DNA of 59,863 bases, filler included. It is 5 parts of 5 records of this genome, joined end to end, with 100 filler letters (N's around TTAATTAATTAA, not from the genome) between each part and the next. Parts side by side here need not be neighbours in the genome. Positions count along the whole stretch, not along the records: positions 1 to 19,157 come from SRR22947725_4029; 4 more parts are not named here. The stretch is one strand, 5' to 3'. Of this stretch, positions 1-8,338 are shown piece after piece (position 1 is the first letter of the stretch; each line of letters opens with the position of its first letter). Both the position numbers and the translations under genes were made by a program. The notes beneath the pieces were generated by a model. It was not told where the DNA came from, searched no databases, and was given only the letters and a program-made list of their open reading frames with translations.

Positions 1-31
1 CGCCTTTCCCCGGGTCTCCCTCCTGTTTCAA

Positions 32-1153
32 TCAGGGCAGCTCACCGCCCGGTGAAGCCGGCTCAGCTGGCCCCGCCGGTCCGGCTGGCCGGGTGAGGAC
101 GCAGACTGGAACGAAGTATTGATCAAAATGCCAGTACCTTCGACCACTTCCCATCTTTTCCACACTATCCCACGTCGTGGAACCGACCGTGTCCACCTTG
201 ACGGGAGAGAAGCTGACGGAGAAGCCCAGCTCATTCAGCTCGCGCCTCGCCACCTCTCCGGCGACGAGATGGAAGAAGATGTTGTCCGGCGATAGGCCGT
301 TGAAGAACGAATAGACCCCTCCTTCATTCATAATCGCAGGCAGCCGCCTGTGGAGCGCCACCATGTCCTCCCAGTATTCGCCATAGGTGTCAAAGAAAAC
401 CCCGTCAAACTTGAATGTGAGCCCCAACTCGTCGATGACGTCTTGCCACCGGCCAAATACCACCTTCACGTTCGGCTTCTTGTCCCACCCGAGTCGAATC
501 ATCTGCTTGTAGACGTCGGGATGCGCCTCGATGATGACGTGCTGTTTTGGCCTTTCTCGCTCGATAAACCGATCGATGATGCCCATTCCAAAGCCGATGT
601 TGAGCACAACGCCCTCTCCAGGTTCCTTCCGGGATGTTATTTCCATCGCGTGCCGCTCCATCAGAGGAGTCTCCCACTCCATCATCACGGCGTCCCCTGA
701 CGACTCGTCGATGATGTCACCGTCCTCTGTGTACTTGATCGAGGAAGAGAGGTACTCCTCGTTGGAACTGATGTGCTGCGCCTCCTCCTCTTCGCGCTGT
801 TTGAGCGTCGCAGCACCGAGAATCATCTCGCACTGCACGGCCCACTCGAGGAGAAGCTTGAAACACTCGCGATCCTTCGTGTTGGCCATGGCATACTCGC
901 CAGGGGTGGCTCCGTCGAGCGATCTCTCCTGCCAGCTCGCGCCTGCATCCAGTAGGGCGTGAACCATGGCGGCCGAACCGTGCTCTGCCGCTAACATGAG
1001 CACCGTTACGTTGTTGACAGGATCGAAAACGGCGTTGGGGGAGGCTGCATGGCCATCCTCGCCGGCCCCCAGGAGCCGGAGCACCTCGGCGGTGTCTCCC
1101 GCCCGCGCGGCATTGCACAACGCTCTGTTCGAATTCTGGGCACCCGCCGACAT
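32..1153 (-). CDS. Ankyrin-repeat protein arginine N-methyltransferase (RMT2-type)
   Basis: N-terminal ankyrin repeats (LCNAARAGD, TVLMLAAEHG), then AVMMEWETPLM, SAM motif VLNIGFGMG, IIEAHPDV and FDGVFFDTY, typical of the Rmt2/guanidinoacetate methyltransferase family. Confidence 0.85.
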   Translation of the reverse strand: MSAGAQNSNRALCNAARAGDTAEVLRLLGAGEDGHAASPNAVFDPVNNVTVLMLAAEHGSAAMVHALLDAGASWQERSLDGATPGEYAMANTKDRECFKLLLEWAVQCEMILGAATLKQREEEEAQHISSNEEYLSSSIKYTEDGDIIDESSGDAVMMEWETPLMERHAMEITSRKEPGEGVVLNIGFGMGIIDRFIERERPKQHVIIEAHPDVYKQMIRLGWDKKPNVKVVFGRWQDVIDELGLTFKFDGVFFDTYGEYWEDMVALHRRLPAIMNEGGVYSFFNGLSPDNIFFHLVAGEVARRELNELGFSVSFSPVKVDTVGSTTWDSVEKMGSGRRYWHFDQYFVPVCVLTRPAGPAGPAEPASPGGELP

Positions 1154-1191
1154 ATGAATCGGAGCAATTCGTGTGTTGCAACTGAAAAAAA

Positions 1192-1893
1192 ATGGTCGCT
1201 ATTTCGAACAAAGTGACGCTCGTGACGGGCGCCTCCCGGGGGATCGGCAAGGAGTTTTGTCGGCAGCTGAAGGCGAAGAATAACGTGGTGATTGCGGGAT
1301 GCCGGGACCCGAGCAGTATGGAGGAGGATGGCCTCTGTGATGATGTCTTCCGACTTGACATCACATCACAGCCTTCCATTGACCAGTTCTCCAAGGACGT
1401 GGCTCGAAAGTATCAACACATAGACCTCGTCATCAACAATGCCGGTATCTATGGGAGTCGGGTCGGCTTTGGTGACATGACCGCTGGAACCATGATGGAC
1501 GTCTTCAACACAAACGCTGTCGGACCGCTGATGCTGACGCAGGCGCTGTACGCGGAGAACTTGCTCGGCGGCAAGTCCGGGACTTTGCTCGCGCACATCA
1601 CGTCCAAGATGGGCTCGGTAGACGACAATGGATCGGGGGGCTCGTACGCGTACCGTGCGTCGAAGAGCGCGCTCAACATCATTAGTAAGTCCCTCAGCAT
1701 TGATCTGGAGGGCGACAACATCAACTCGACGCTGTTGCACCCGGGATGGGTCATCACGGACATGGTGGATATGCGGGGGCTCATCACCACGACGCAGTCC
1801 GTCGAAGGCATGCTGGGCGTGCTGGAGGCCAAGTCGTCAGCAGAGCTGCGTGGCGCGTGGCATGCGTTTGACGGCAAGGTGATTCCATGGTAG
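1192..1893 (+). CDS. Short-chain dehydrogenase/reductase (CsgA/C-factor-like)
   Basis: TGASRGIG Rossmann motif, INNAG, catalytic YRASK (YxxxK), LHPGWVITDM. Confidence 0.9.
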   Translation: MVAISNKVTLVTGASRGIGKEFCRQLKAKNNVVIAGCRDPSSMEEDGLCDDVFRLDITSQPSIDQFSKDVARKYQHIDLVINNAGIYGSRVGFGDMTAGTMMDVFNTNAVGPLMLTQALYAENLLGGKSGTLLAHITSKMGSVDDNGSGGSYAYRASKSALNIISKSLSIDLEGDNINSTLLHPGWVITDMVDMRGLITTTQSVEGMLGVLEAKSSAELRGAWHAFDGKVIPW

Positions 1894-1983
1894 TGATTCC
1901 ATGGTAGTAACTTACTATTAAGAGGGCCGCTTTTGGCCGTATAAGCATAAGACTCGGCGAGTCAGCCTTTTTCGTTTTCCGAG

Positions 1984-2584
1984 ATGGTTCGTCTCGTCGC
2001 CCTTTCTCTCTTCGCGTTGCTCAGCGTTGTCGTGAGCGGGCAAGTCCCTTCCTTCATGACATCCTGCAAAATCCCATCGGCATACTTCAAGCGGCTCAAC
2101 TGGTCCTCGGCCGCCAAGTTTTGCGCCAAGGTACGTTTTGACACGGACTCCTGGCAGGAGTCCGTGTCAATGCGCAGGCTGCGTCCGGAAGCCCACAGTT
2201 CTCACTCGCGCATTGCGCCCGTTCGCTCTGCAGGCTGGCGTCGGGACGACCAAGTCTGCGCGTCCATGTGACCTCTGTGTTGCCACGATCGTGGAAGCCC
2301 AAACTCGTGACCTCGGCAGGTTCGTTGATTTGGATTGGTTTGCTGGCCTTCCCGAGGAGCTATTGTATCTCGTCACCGAGACGTGTGGCTCAGCTGTCAC
2401 GAAGGCCTTGGGCGCGAATTTTCCACGAAAGGACAAAAGGAAGGTCACGAGCGTCGCAAAGTGTTTCAAAAACTTTGGCTACGAGTTCGGCGGATTCGGG
2501 TGCGTGCCAAGCGATGAATATTGTGATATGGAGCAAGCTCTGAGCTCAGCTTGGGACACTGTCGAGGGACTGACGGGCAACTGA
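1984..2584 (+). CDS. Secreted Cys-rich hypothetical protein, 2 exons: join(1984..2130,2234..2584), 165 aa
   Basis: Signal peptide MVRLVALSLFALLSVVVSG; GTACGT donor at 2131, TCTCAC branch site, CAG acceptor at 2233; splicing joins ORF 1984+ in frame to ORF 2138+; 8 Cys; TGTAA at 2652. Confidence 0.7.
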
Positions 2585-2662
2585 CGCAATCTGTCCTCTC
2601 GAAGATTCGGATGAAGAGGTCGCTGCTATGTGGTAGACGCTACATTGGGGTTGTAAAGCCCA

Positions 2663-3124
2663 TCATGTTCCTCGGGCCTTGAGCCGCAGCGCGCGTTTCG
2701 TCAGGACCAAGCGATCCAACGCGCTCGTTTGACCAAAAATAGCTTCCTGCTTCTTCTTCCTGTACGCCGCGACTCGTGCACCCATCTCGGCCATTTTCGC
2801 CTCCCTCTCGACGGTGAGCGCCTCTTTCAGCCGGTCCACTTTGTGACCCTTGGGGGGCTTGACCGCCTTCTTCGTGGCGTTGCTCGCCACCAGGCTGCTC
2901 TTCGAAATTCCGTGCTCCTTCAGCAAACGCGCCACGTTCTTCGGCGAGACAGACGCCTTGCGCCAGACGCTGCCGACCTTGGTCGGGGAGAAGGCCGGGC
3001 TCGACAGCAACGCCGAGTCGCCCGAGGCGAATCCCGCGCTACTCGGGGTACATATAGCCCTCGATGCGACCTTTGAAGCGCCGCGGGTGAACCAGAGCGA
3101 TGCCGCCCGCCGTGTCGCGTTCAT
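2663..3124 (-). CDS. Basic mitochondrion-targeted protein, probably mitoribosomal mL59 (MRPL25-like)
   Basis: Arg/Ser/Ala-rich presequence; WRK..VS..NVARL and KPPKGHKVDR followed by a helical segment resemble the MRPL25 family (recognised from memory, not searched). Confidence 0.5.
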   Translation of the reverse strand: MNATRRAASLWFTRGASKVASRAICTPSSAGFASGDSALLSSPAFSPTKVGSVWRKASVSPKNVARLLKEHGISKSSLVASNATKKAVKPPKGHKVDRLKEALTVEREAKMAEMGARVAAYRKKKQEAIFGQTSALDRLVLTKRALRLKARGT

Positions 3125-3158
3125 TTCGTCAGTTTTTTATTCGACGAAATTTCGGCCG

Positions 3159-4574
3159 ATGGTGACGACGGTGACAATAGAGGGCGTCGAAAAGGAGATT
3201 GCTCGTTTGCAGAAGCGTCTGGAGGAGATGACACTCATGCTGGACGAGATCATCCAGCAGGAGAGGGCTGCGCGGGATGCCTCGCCGGCGGAGAGCGGGG
3301 TGCCCAGCGGGGTGGCCAGCGCTCCACCCTCGGCCGACGACCTGGACGCACCCGACCCCGCTCACTGGGACACGGCCGCCCACGGCCTGTCGAAGGAGAC
3401 GATCGAGCGCTTCAGCAGGCAGATTATTTTGCCGTCTTTCGGTGTGGGAAGTCAGTCGAAGCTGCACAAGGGGTCTGTCCTCGTGGTTGGGGCGGGCGGG
3501 CTCGGGTCGCCGGCCCTGCTCTACCTCGCCGCGGCGGGCGTGGGTCGCATCGGTATCGTCGATCGGGATTCCGTCGAGCTCAGCAACATCCATAGGCAGA
3601 TTATTCACAGGGAGTCCTCCGTGGGAATGCACAAGACGGCCTCAGCCAGGAAGACGCTGCGGGCTCTCAACTCGGCGACTCGGATCGAAGAGCACACGGC
3701 CGGGTTCACTCCAGCGAACGCCTTGGATCTGATACAACGCTATGATGTCGTGCTCGATGCTTCAGACAATGCGCCGACGCGATACCTGATCAGCGATGCC
3801 TGCTGTGTGGCGAACAAGCCACTCGTCTCTGGCGCGGCCATCGGCACGGATGGGCAGTTGACGGTGTATCACCACGGAGATGACGGTCCGTGCTATCGCT
3901 GCCTATATCCGACGCCCCCTCCGGCGGCGAGCTGCGCGCGTTGCGCAGATGCGGGGGTGTTGGGCCCGGTGCCGGGCATCATCGGGACGATGGAGGCGCT
4001 CGAGGTGATCAAGATTTTGAGCGGGATCGGCGACGTGTTGTCGAAGAAAATGCTGGTGATGGACGCCCTCTACAACCGATACATGGTGGTCAAGCTTCGC
4101 TCGAGGAACGAGGGCTGTGTGGCCTGCGGCAGCCACCCCCAACTGACTGCCGAAAGCCTGCCCACGTTCGATTACCATGCGTTCACAGACCAGGCGCCGT
4201 CCGACGCGCCGACAGGCTTACGGCTAGTTGACGACACGGAGCGGATACGTGCTGGGGAACTCCCGGGCCGGACAAAAAAGCTGCTGCTTCTGGACGTGCG
4301 GCCAGCGCATCAATTTGACATTTGCAGCATCCCAGGCGCCTACAATGTACCGATGTCGTCTTTCCAGGCGTGTGACATCGTGAAAATGGTGGAAGACGGT
4401 GGCTACGAGGAGGTGGTGGTGATTTGCCGGCGAGGCAACCAGTCGCAGCGGGCGCTGCTGGCCTTGAAGGCCGCCGGCCTTGGCGATGGCGTGGGGGTCG
4501 CCGGCGTCGTAGATGTCGTGGGGGGCATGGCCAGTTGGAGCCGAGAAGTCGACGGATCGTGCCCCATCTATTGA
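3159..4574 (+). CDS. MOCS3: Adenylyltransferase/sulfurtransferase MOCS3/Uba4/CNX5 (ThiF + rhodanese)
   Basis: RFSRQIILP, VLVVGAGGLG, DRDSVELSNIHRQ, PCYRC, CADAGVLG, C-terminal rhodanese CRRGNQSQ; start placed at ATG 3159 because the upstream ORF extension overlaps the divergent gene. Confidence 0.92.
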   Translation: MVTTVTIEGVEKEIARLQKRLEEMTLMLDEIIQQERAARDASPAESGVPSGVASAPPSADDLDAPDPAHWDTAAHGLSKETIERFSRQIILPSFGVGSQSKLHKGSVLVVGAGGLGSPALLYLAAAGVGRIGIVDRDSVELSNIHRQIIHRESSVGMHKTASARKTLRALNSATRIEEHTAGFTPANALDLIQRYDVVLDASDNAPTRYLISDACCVANKPLVSGAAIGTDGQLTVYHHGDDGPCYRCLYPTPPPAASCARCADAGVLGPVPGIIGTMEALEVIKILSGIGDVLSKKMLVMDALYNRYMVVKLRSRNEGCVACGSHPQLTAESLPTFDYHAFTDQAPSDAPTGLRLVDDTERIRAGELPGRTKKLLLLDVRPAHQFDICSIPGAYNVPMSSFQACDIVKMVEDGGYEEVVVICRRGNQSQRALLALKAAGLGDGVGVAGVVDVVGGMASWSREVDGSCPIY

Positions 4575-4619
4575 TCCTCGATCGGGATGCTTGATGTTTC
4601 AAAGGTTTAATTTACGGGT

Positions 4620-4786
4620 CTGAAGCGCCCACCTGATGGGCGACGTGTTCGCCCACGGCCAGCTCTACGTGGCATTCTCCCGCTGCGGCGTTCTACCCCA
4701 GCAACCCGTGGGTGTTCGGGCCCGAACCCGACGAGCGCGGGGTCCTCTGGCCCAAGGACGTCGTCTACGACGAGCAGCTCAGCTGA
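4620..4786 (+). mobile_element. Degenerate Helitron/PIF1 helicase C-terminal remnant (frameshifted)
   Basis: LKR-/-HLMGDVFAHGQLYVAFSRCG (PIF1 motif VI, cf. VFSHGQLYVALSR); a +1 shift at 4690 continues to ...WPKDVVYDEQLS*, matching the NVVYxExL end of Helitron RepHel. Confidence 0.7.
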
Positions 4787-4820
4787 GCTGCCTGCGGGCA
4801 GACAGAAAAAAAAGAGCACG

Positions 4821-6597
4821 ATGCTTGCGCTTTCACCCCATCGCACGGTCGCGTGCAGTAACCAAACGGTCAATGCGCCCAGTGTGCGCAGACGGTCGTT
4901 CGTTCGCGGCCCGAGGAGCGATACATTCCGGGGAATCCGACTCTCGGCCAGCTCGAGTTCCACGGCGTCGCCCACCGTCGCGCCGGTCGACGAGGGTAGC
5001 GTGCTGGACTCGGTTATTGTGGGAGGGGGAATCAGTGGCTTGACAACCGCACTGGTACGTGGGCACGTGGCCACGGTTCGCGCTTCGGGCGTACTTTCTT
5101 CGCCTCGTCCCGTATCCCTTATCCTGATAGCGAAGGAGCCTCGATTCCTCTTTCACCGCCCATCCCTCACCTCCGCGCGGCGTTCACGCTCGACAGGCTC
5201 TGGATTGCGAACACAAGGGCGAGGTTGGATCGTTCTTGGTCACCGAGGCCCGCGACCGGGTCGGCGGGAACATCACGACGGTGTCGGACGAGTCCAAGGG
5301 CCTGCTGTGGGAGGAGGGGCCCAACTCGTTCCAGCCGTCCGACGCGGTGCTTAAGGCGGCCGTGGATGCCGGATGCGTGGACGACCTCGTCTTTGGAGAT
5401 CCGAAGGCGCCGCGTTTCGTCTACTGGGAGGGACGACTGCGCCCGACGCCGTCGGGCCCGGATGTCGTCACGTTCGACCTGATGTCCCTTTTCGGAAAGA
5501 TCCGGGCCGGATTGGGAGCTATTGGAATCAAACAGCCCATGCCCGACTTCGAGGAGAGCGTCGAGCAGTTCGTGAGGAGAAATTTGGGAGACGAGGTGTT
5601 CTACCGACTGATTGAGCCGTTCTGCTCCGGCGTCTACGCCGGAGATCCGACCAAGCTGTCAATGAAAGCCGCCTTTGGCAAAGTATATGACTTGGAAGAG
5701 AAGGGCGGATCCATCATCGGTGGAGTGCTGAAGTTAATGCAGGAGAAGAAGAACGGCCCGGCCGAGGAGAGGGACCCGCGACTGCCGCCCAAACCCGCGG
5801 GGCAGACCGTCGGATCGTTTAAGAAGGGCCTGCAGATGCTGCCGAATGCCATCGCGGATAAGCTCAAAGACAACGTGCGGGTGTCCTGGAAACTCACCAA
5901 GCTCACCAAGAACCAGGAGACGGGCCTGTTCGAGCTCTCGTACGATACACCCGAGGGAAGCAAGCTGATCAAGTCCAAGACCGTCGCCATGACCGTCCCG
6001 GCCTACACTGCCGCCGAACTCTTCAAGGAAGAGGTTCCGGACGCGGCAAATGCCCTCGGAACCTTCGACTACCCCCCAGTGGGCGCCGTCACCATCACCT
6101 ACCCGGAGACCGCCATCCGCGAAGACCGGCTCGACGCCAACGGCAACCTGCCCGGATTCGGCCAGCTCCACCCGAGGACCCAGGGCATCACCACGCTAGG
6201 AACCATCTACAGCAGCTCGCTCTTCCCTGGCAGGGCGGGCAAGGGCGAGGTCCTGCTCCTCTGCTACTTTGGTGGGGCCCTCAACCGCAAGGTCAAGGAT
6301 ATGACCGACGAGGAGATTATCGCCCAGGTCGATGTCGATCTGAGGAAGATGCTCATCAGGAATGACGCGCCGGCCCCGAAGAAGGTCGCCGTCCGCGTCT
6401 GGCCCTCCGCCATCCCGCAGTTCAACGTCGGCCACCTCGACCAGGTCAAGGCCGCCGAGGATGCCCTCAAGGCCAAGGGCTTCGATGGCCTGTTCTTGGG
6501 TGGTAACTACGTGAGCGGTGTCGCCCTGGGCAAATGCATCGAGTACGGTTATAAGTTCGCCGGCGAGGTGGCCGCGTCGACCAAGGCCCGCGTCTAG
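4821..6597 (+). CDS. PPX1: Plastid protoporphyrinogen oxidase, 2 exons: join(4821..5054,5197..6597)
   Basis: Transit peptide, IVGGGISGL FAD motif, VTEARDRVGGNI, WEEGPNSFQP, GFGQLHPR, LGGNYVSGVALG; intron 5055-5196 GTACGT..CAG keeps the frame. Confidence 0.95.
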
Positions 6598-6732
6598 ACC
6601 GGCCGTTGGCTCTCCCTCAAGAAGGTGCGGGGCATACCAAATTTCATTGTAATACGGACGTCTCGAGCGTTCATCGCCGGGTCTCCCTTGCGGCACAGTG
6701 CGGAAGAGCATCACGATCGAGAGAAACGAACA

Positions 6733-8307
6733 ATGGGCGAGTGGCAGCTGTCGAGCGAGCAGCGCGCGGATACCGTCGAGCGCATCAAGGAGAACTTGGC
6801 AACCATGCACTTCTTCTCGGGCAAGCCCCGCGCCGAGGTCGCCGAGGTCGCCGAAGTCCACCTTGGCCGGCTGGCCGGCAGCCTCGAGAAGCGGGCCTAC
6901 ACGGTGGCCACGGTCGAGAGCAGGACGACGACGGGCTTCCGTCCGCACCACGAGACGCTGAAAGCGTACGCCCGGAAGCTGAGCGCACTCGTCTTGGATG
7001 CCGTGAAGGGGGATCTCGAGATGGAGGGGGTGGGCGGTCCTGAGCAGGCGTCGGATGGCGCCTCGCTCGACCTCACGGGGGCGAGGGAGTTCTTGACCGC
7101 GGACATTGCGGAAGAGAAACTGGCATCTATGCTTGTCGACGGATCAACTGTGTCCAGGATCAAGTTTAGCACGAAGAGCTTTGGGGTGGATGCGGCACAC
7201 GTTGCCGCCAGGGCCATTCGAAATATCAAGGCGACGCTCAAGCACGCGGACATGTCGGATATTATCGCGGGGCGGCCGGAAGACGAGGCGCTCCAGGCAC
7301 TCTCCATCATAAGTGAGGCACTGGCGGATGCCCAGCTGGAGAGCCTTGATTTGAGCGACAACGCACTGGGCGAGAAGGGCATTCGGGCGTGTGCCAAGGC
7401 GTACGCGGGACAGAAGGCCCTCAGGCACATCGCGTTCCAGAACGTCGGGTGCTCCGTGCACGGCTGTGCAGCAGTCGATGAACTTCTGGTGCACTGTTCG
7501 GAGATGCGGTCAATCCATCTGCTCAATAACATGAGTGGATGTGAGGGCGCCGCGTCCATTGCCAACGTGATCGCCCGGTGTCCCAGGCTCGAGGACTTCA
7601 AAATGGCATCCAGTAGGGTCGGATCGGATGGAGGATTGGCTATTGCGAAGGCTCTGGCCTCGTGTGGCAAGAACCTGGTGTCGATCGACCTGCACGACAA
7701 CCCCCTGACGCACGAGGTATCTGGGGCACTTGCAGAGGCCATTGGCGCCCACCCTGGGCTCAGAAGGGTCAATTTGAATGATACCATCATGGAAAATACA
7801 GGTATCGAGAAACTGGCCGTGAGTCTGGCGCGTGCTGCCCAGTCGGTGGAGCATGTCGAGCTGCAACTCAACGAGGTTACCCCGGAAGGCGCGGCAGAGC
7901 TGGCGGCGTCGCTCTCCCAGCTGGTCAACCTCAGGCACCTGGACCTGTCCGAGAATGAACTTGAAGATGATGGTGCACTTGAGATTTCGAAAGGAATCCT
8001 CGGTCTGAAGCAGCTGGAGATTATCGACGTGCGGACAAACATGATCAAGCGAGGAGGCGCTGTCGCCCTGGCCAAGGCCTGCTGCACGCTGCCGAACGTG
8101 AAGGAGCTGCGGCTTGACGACAACAACATCTCAAGCGAGGGCATCGAACACCTCAAGGAGGTGCTCCGGGCCGGCAACAAGGAGCACGTGCTAATGACGC
8201 TCGACGAGAATTGCTCTGAGGACGATGACGAGTTCGAGGATGCGCACGCAACGCTGGATAGCGCGGTTGACGAGCTCGTTGCGGCCCTCGCTGCGGGGCA
8301 TTTGTAA
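6733..8307 (+). CDS. RANGAP: Ran GTPase-activating protein (WPP-like N-domain, LRRs, short acidic tail)
   Basis: STKSFGVDAA, DMSDIIAGRPEDEAL (catalytic Arg region), LDLSDNALGEKG LRRs, acidic DENCSEDDDEFE; start at ATG 6733 inferred. Confidence 0.9.
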   Translation: MGEWQLSSEQRADTVERIKENLATMHFFSGKPRAEVAEVAEVHLGRLAGSLEKRAYTVATVESRTTTGFRPHHETLKAYARKLSALVLDAVKGDLEMEGVGGPEQASDGASLDLTGAREFLTADIAEEKLASMLVDGSTVSRIKFSTKSFGVDAAHVAARAIRNIKATLKHADMSDIIAGRPEDEALQALSIISEALADAQLESLDLSDNALGEKGIRACAKAYAGQKALRHIAFQNVGCSVHGCAAVDELLVHCSEMRSIHLLNNMSGCEGAASIANVIARCPRLEDFKMASSRVGSDGGLAIAKALASCGKNLVSIDLHDNPLTHEVSGALAEAIGAHPGLRRVNLNDTIMENTGIEKLAVSLARAAQSVEHVELQLNEVTPEGAAELAASLSQLVNLRHLDLSENELEDDGALEISKGILGLKQLEIIDVRTNMIKRGGAVALAKACCTLPNVKELRLDDNNISSEGIEHLKEVLRAGNKEHVLMTLDENCSEDDDEFEDAHATLDSAVDELVAALAAGHL

Positions 8308-8338
8308 TCTTTTCGTTTAAACCCACGATCAAGCAACG

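Noticed and set aside
2850..3158. 103-aa N-terminal extension of the MOCS3 ORF
   Set aside because: Starts at a non-ATG codon in a eukaryote and overlaps the divergent 2663-3124 gene; ATG 3159 fits better
4821..5354. Apparent frameshift or pseudogene in PPO (likewise fasciclin, L31, kinesin and RlmN)
   Set aside because: Each break is resolved in frame by a GT..AG spliceosomal intron
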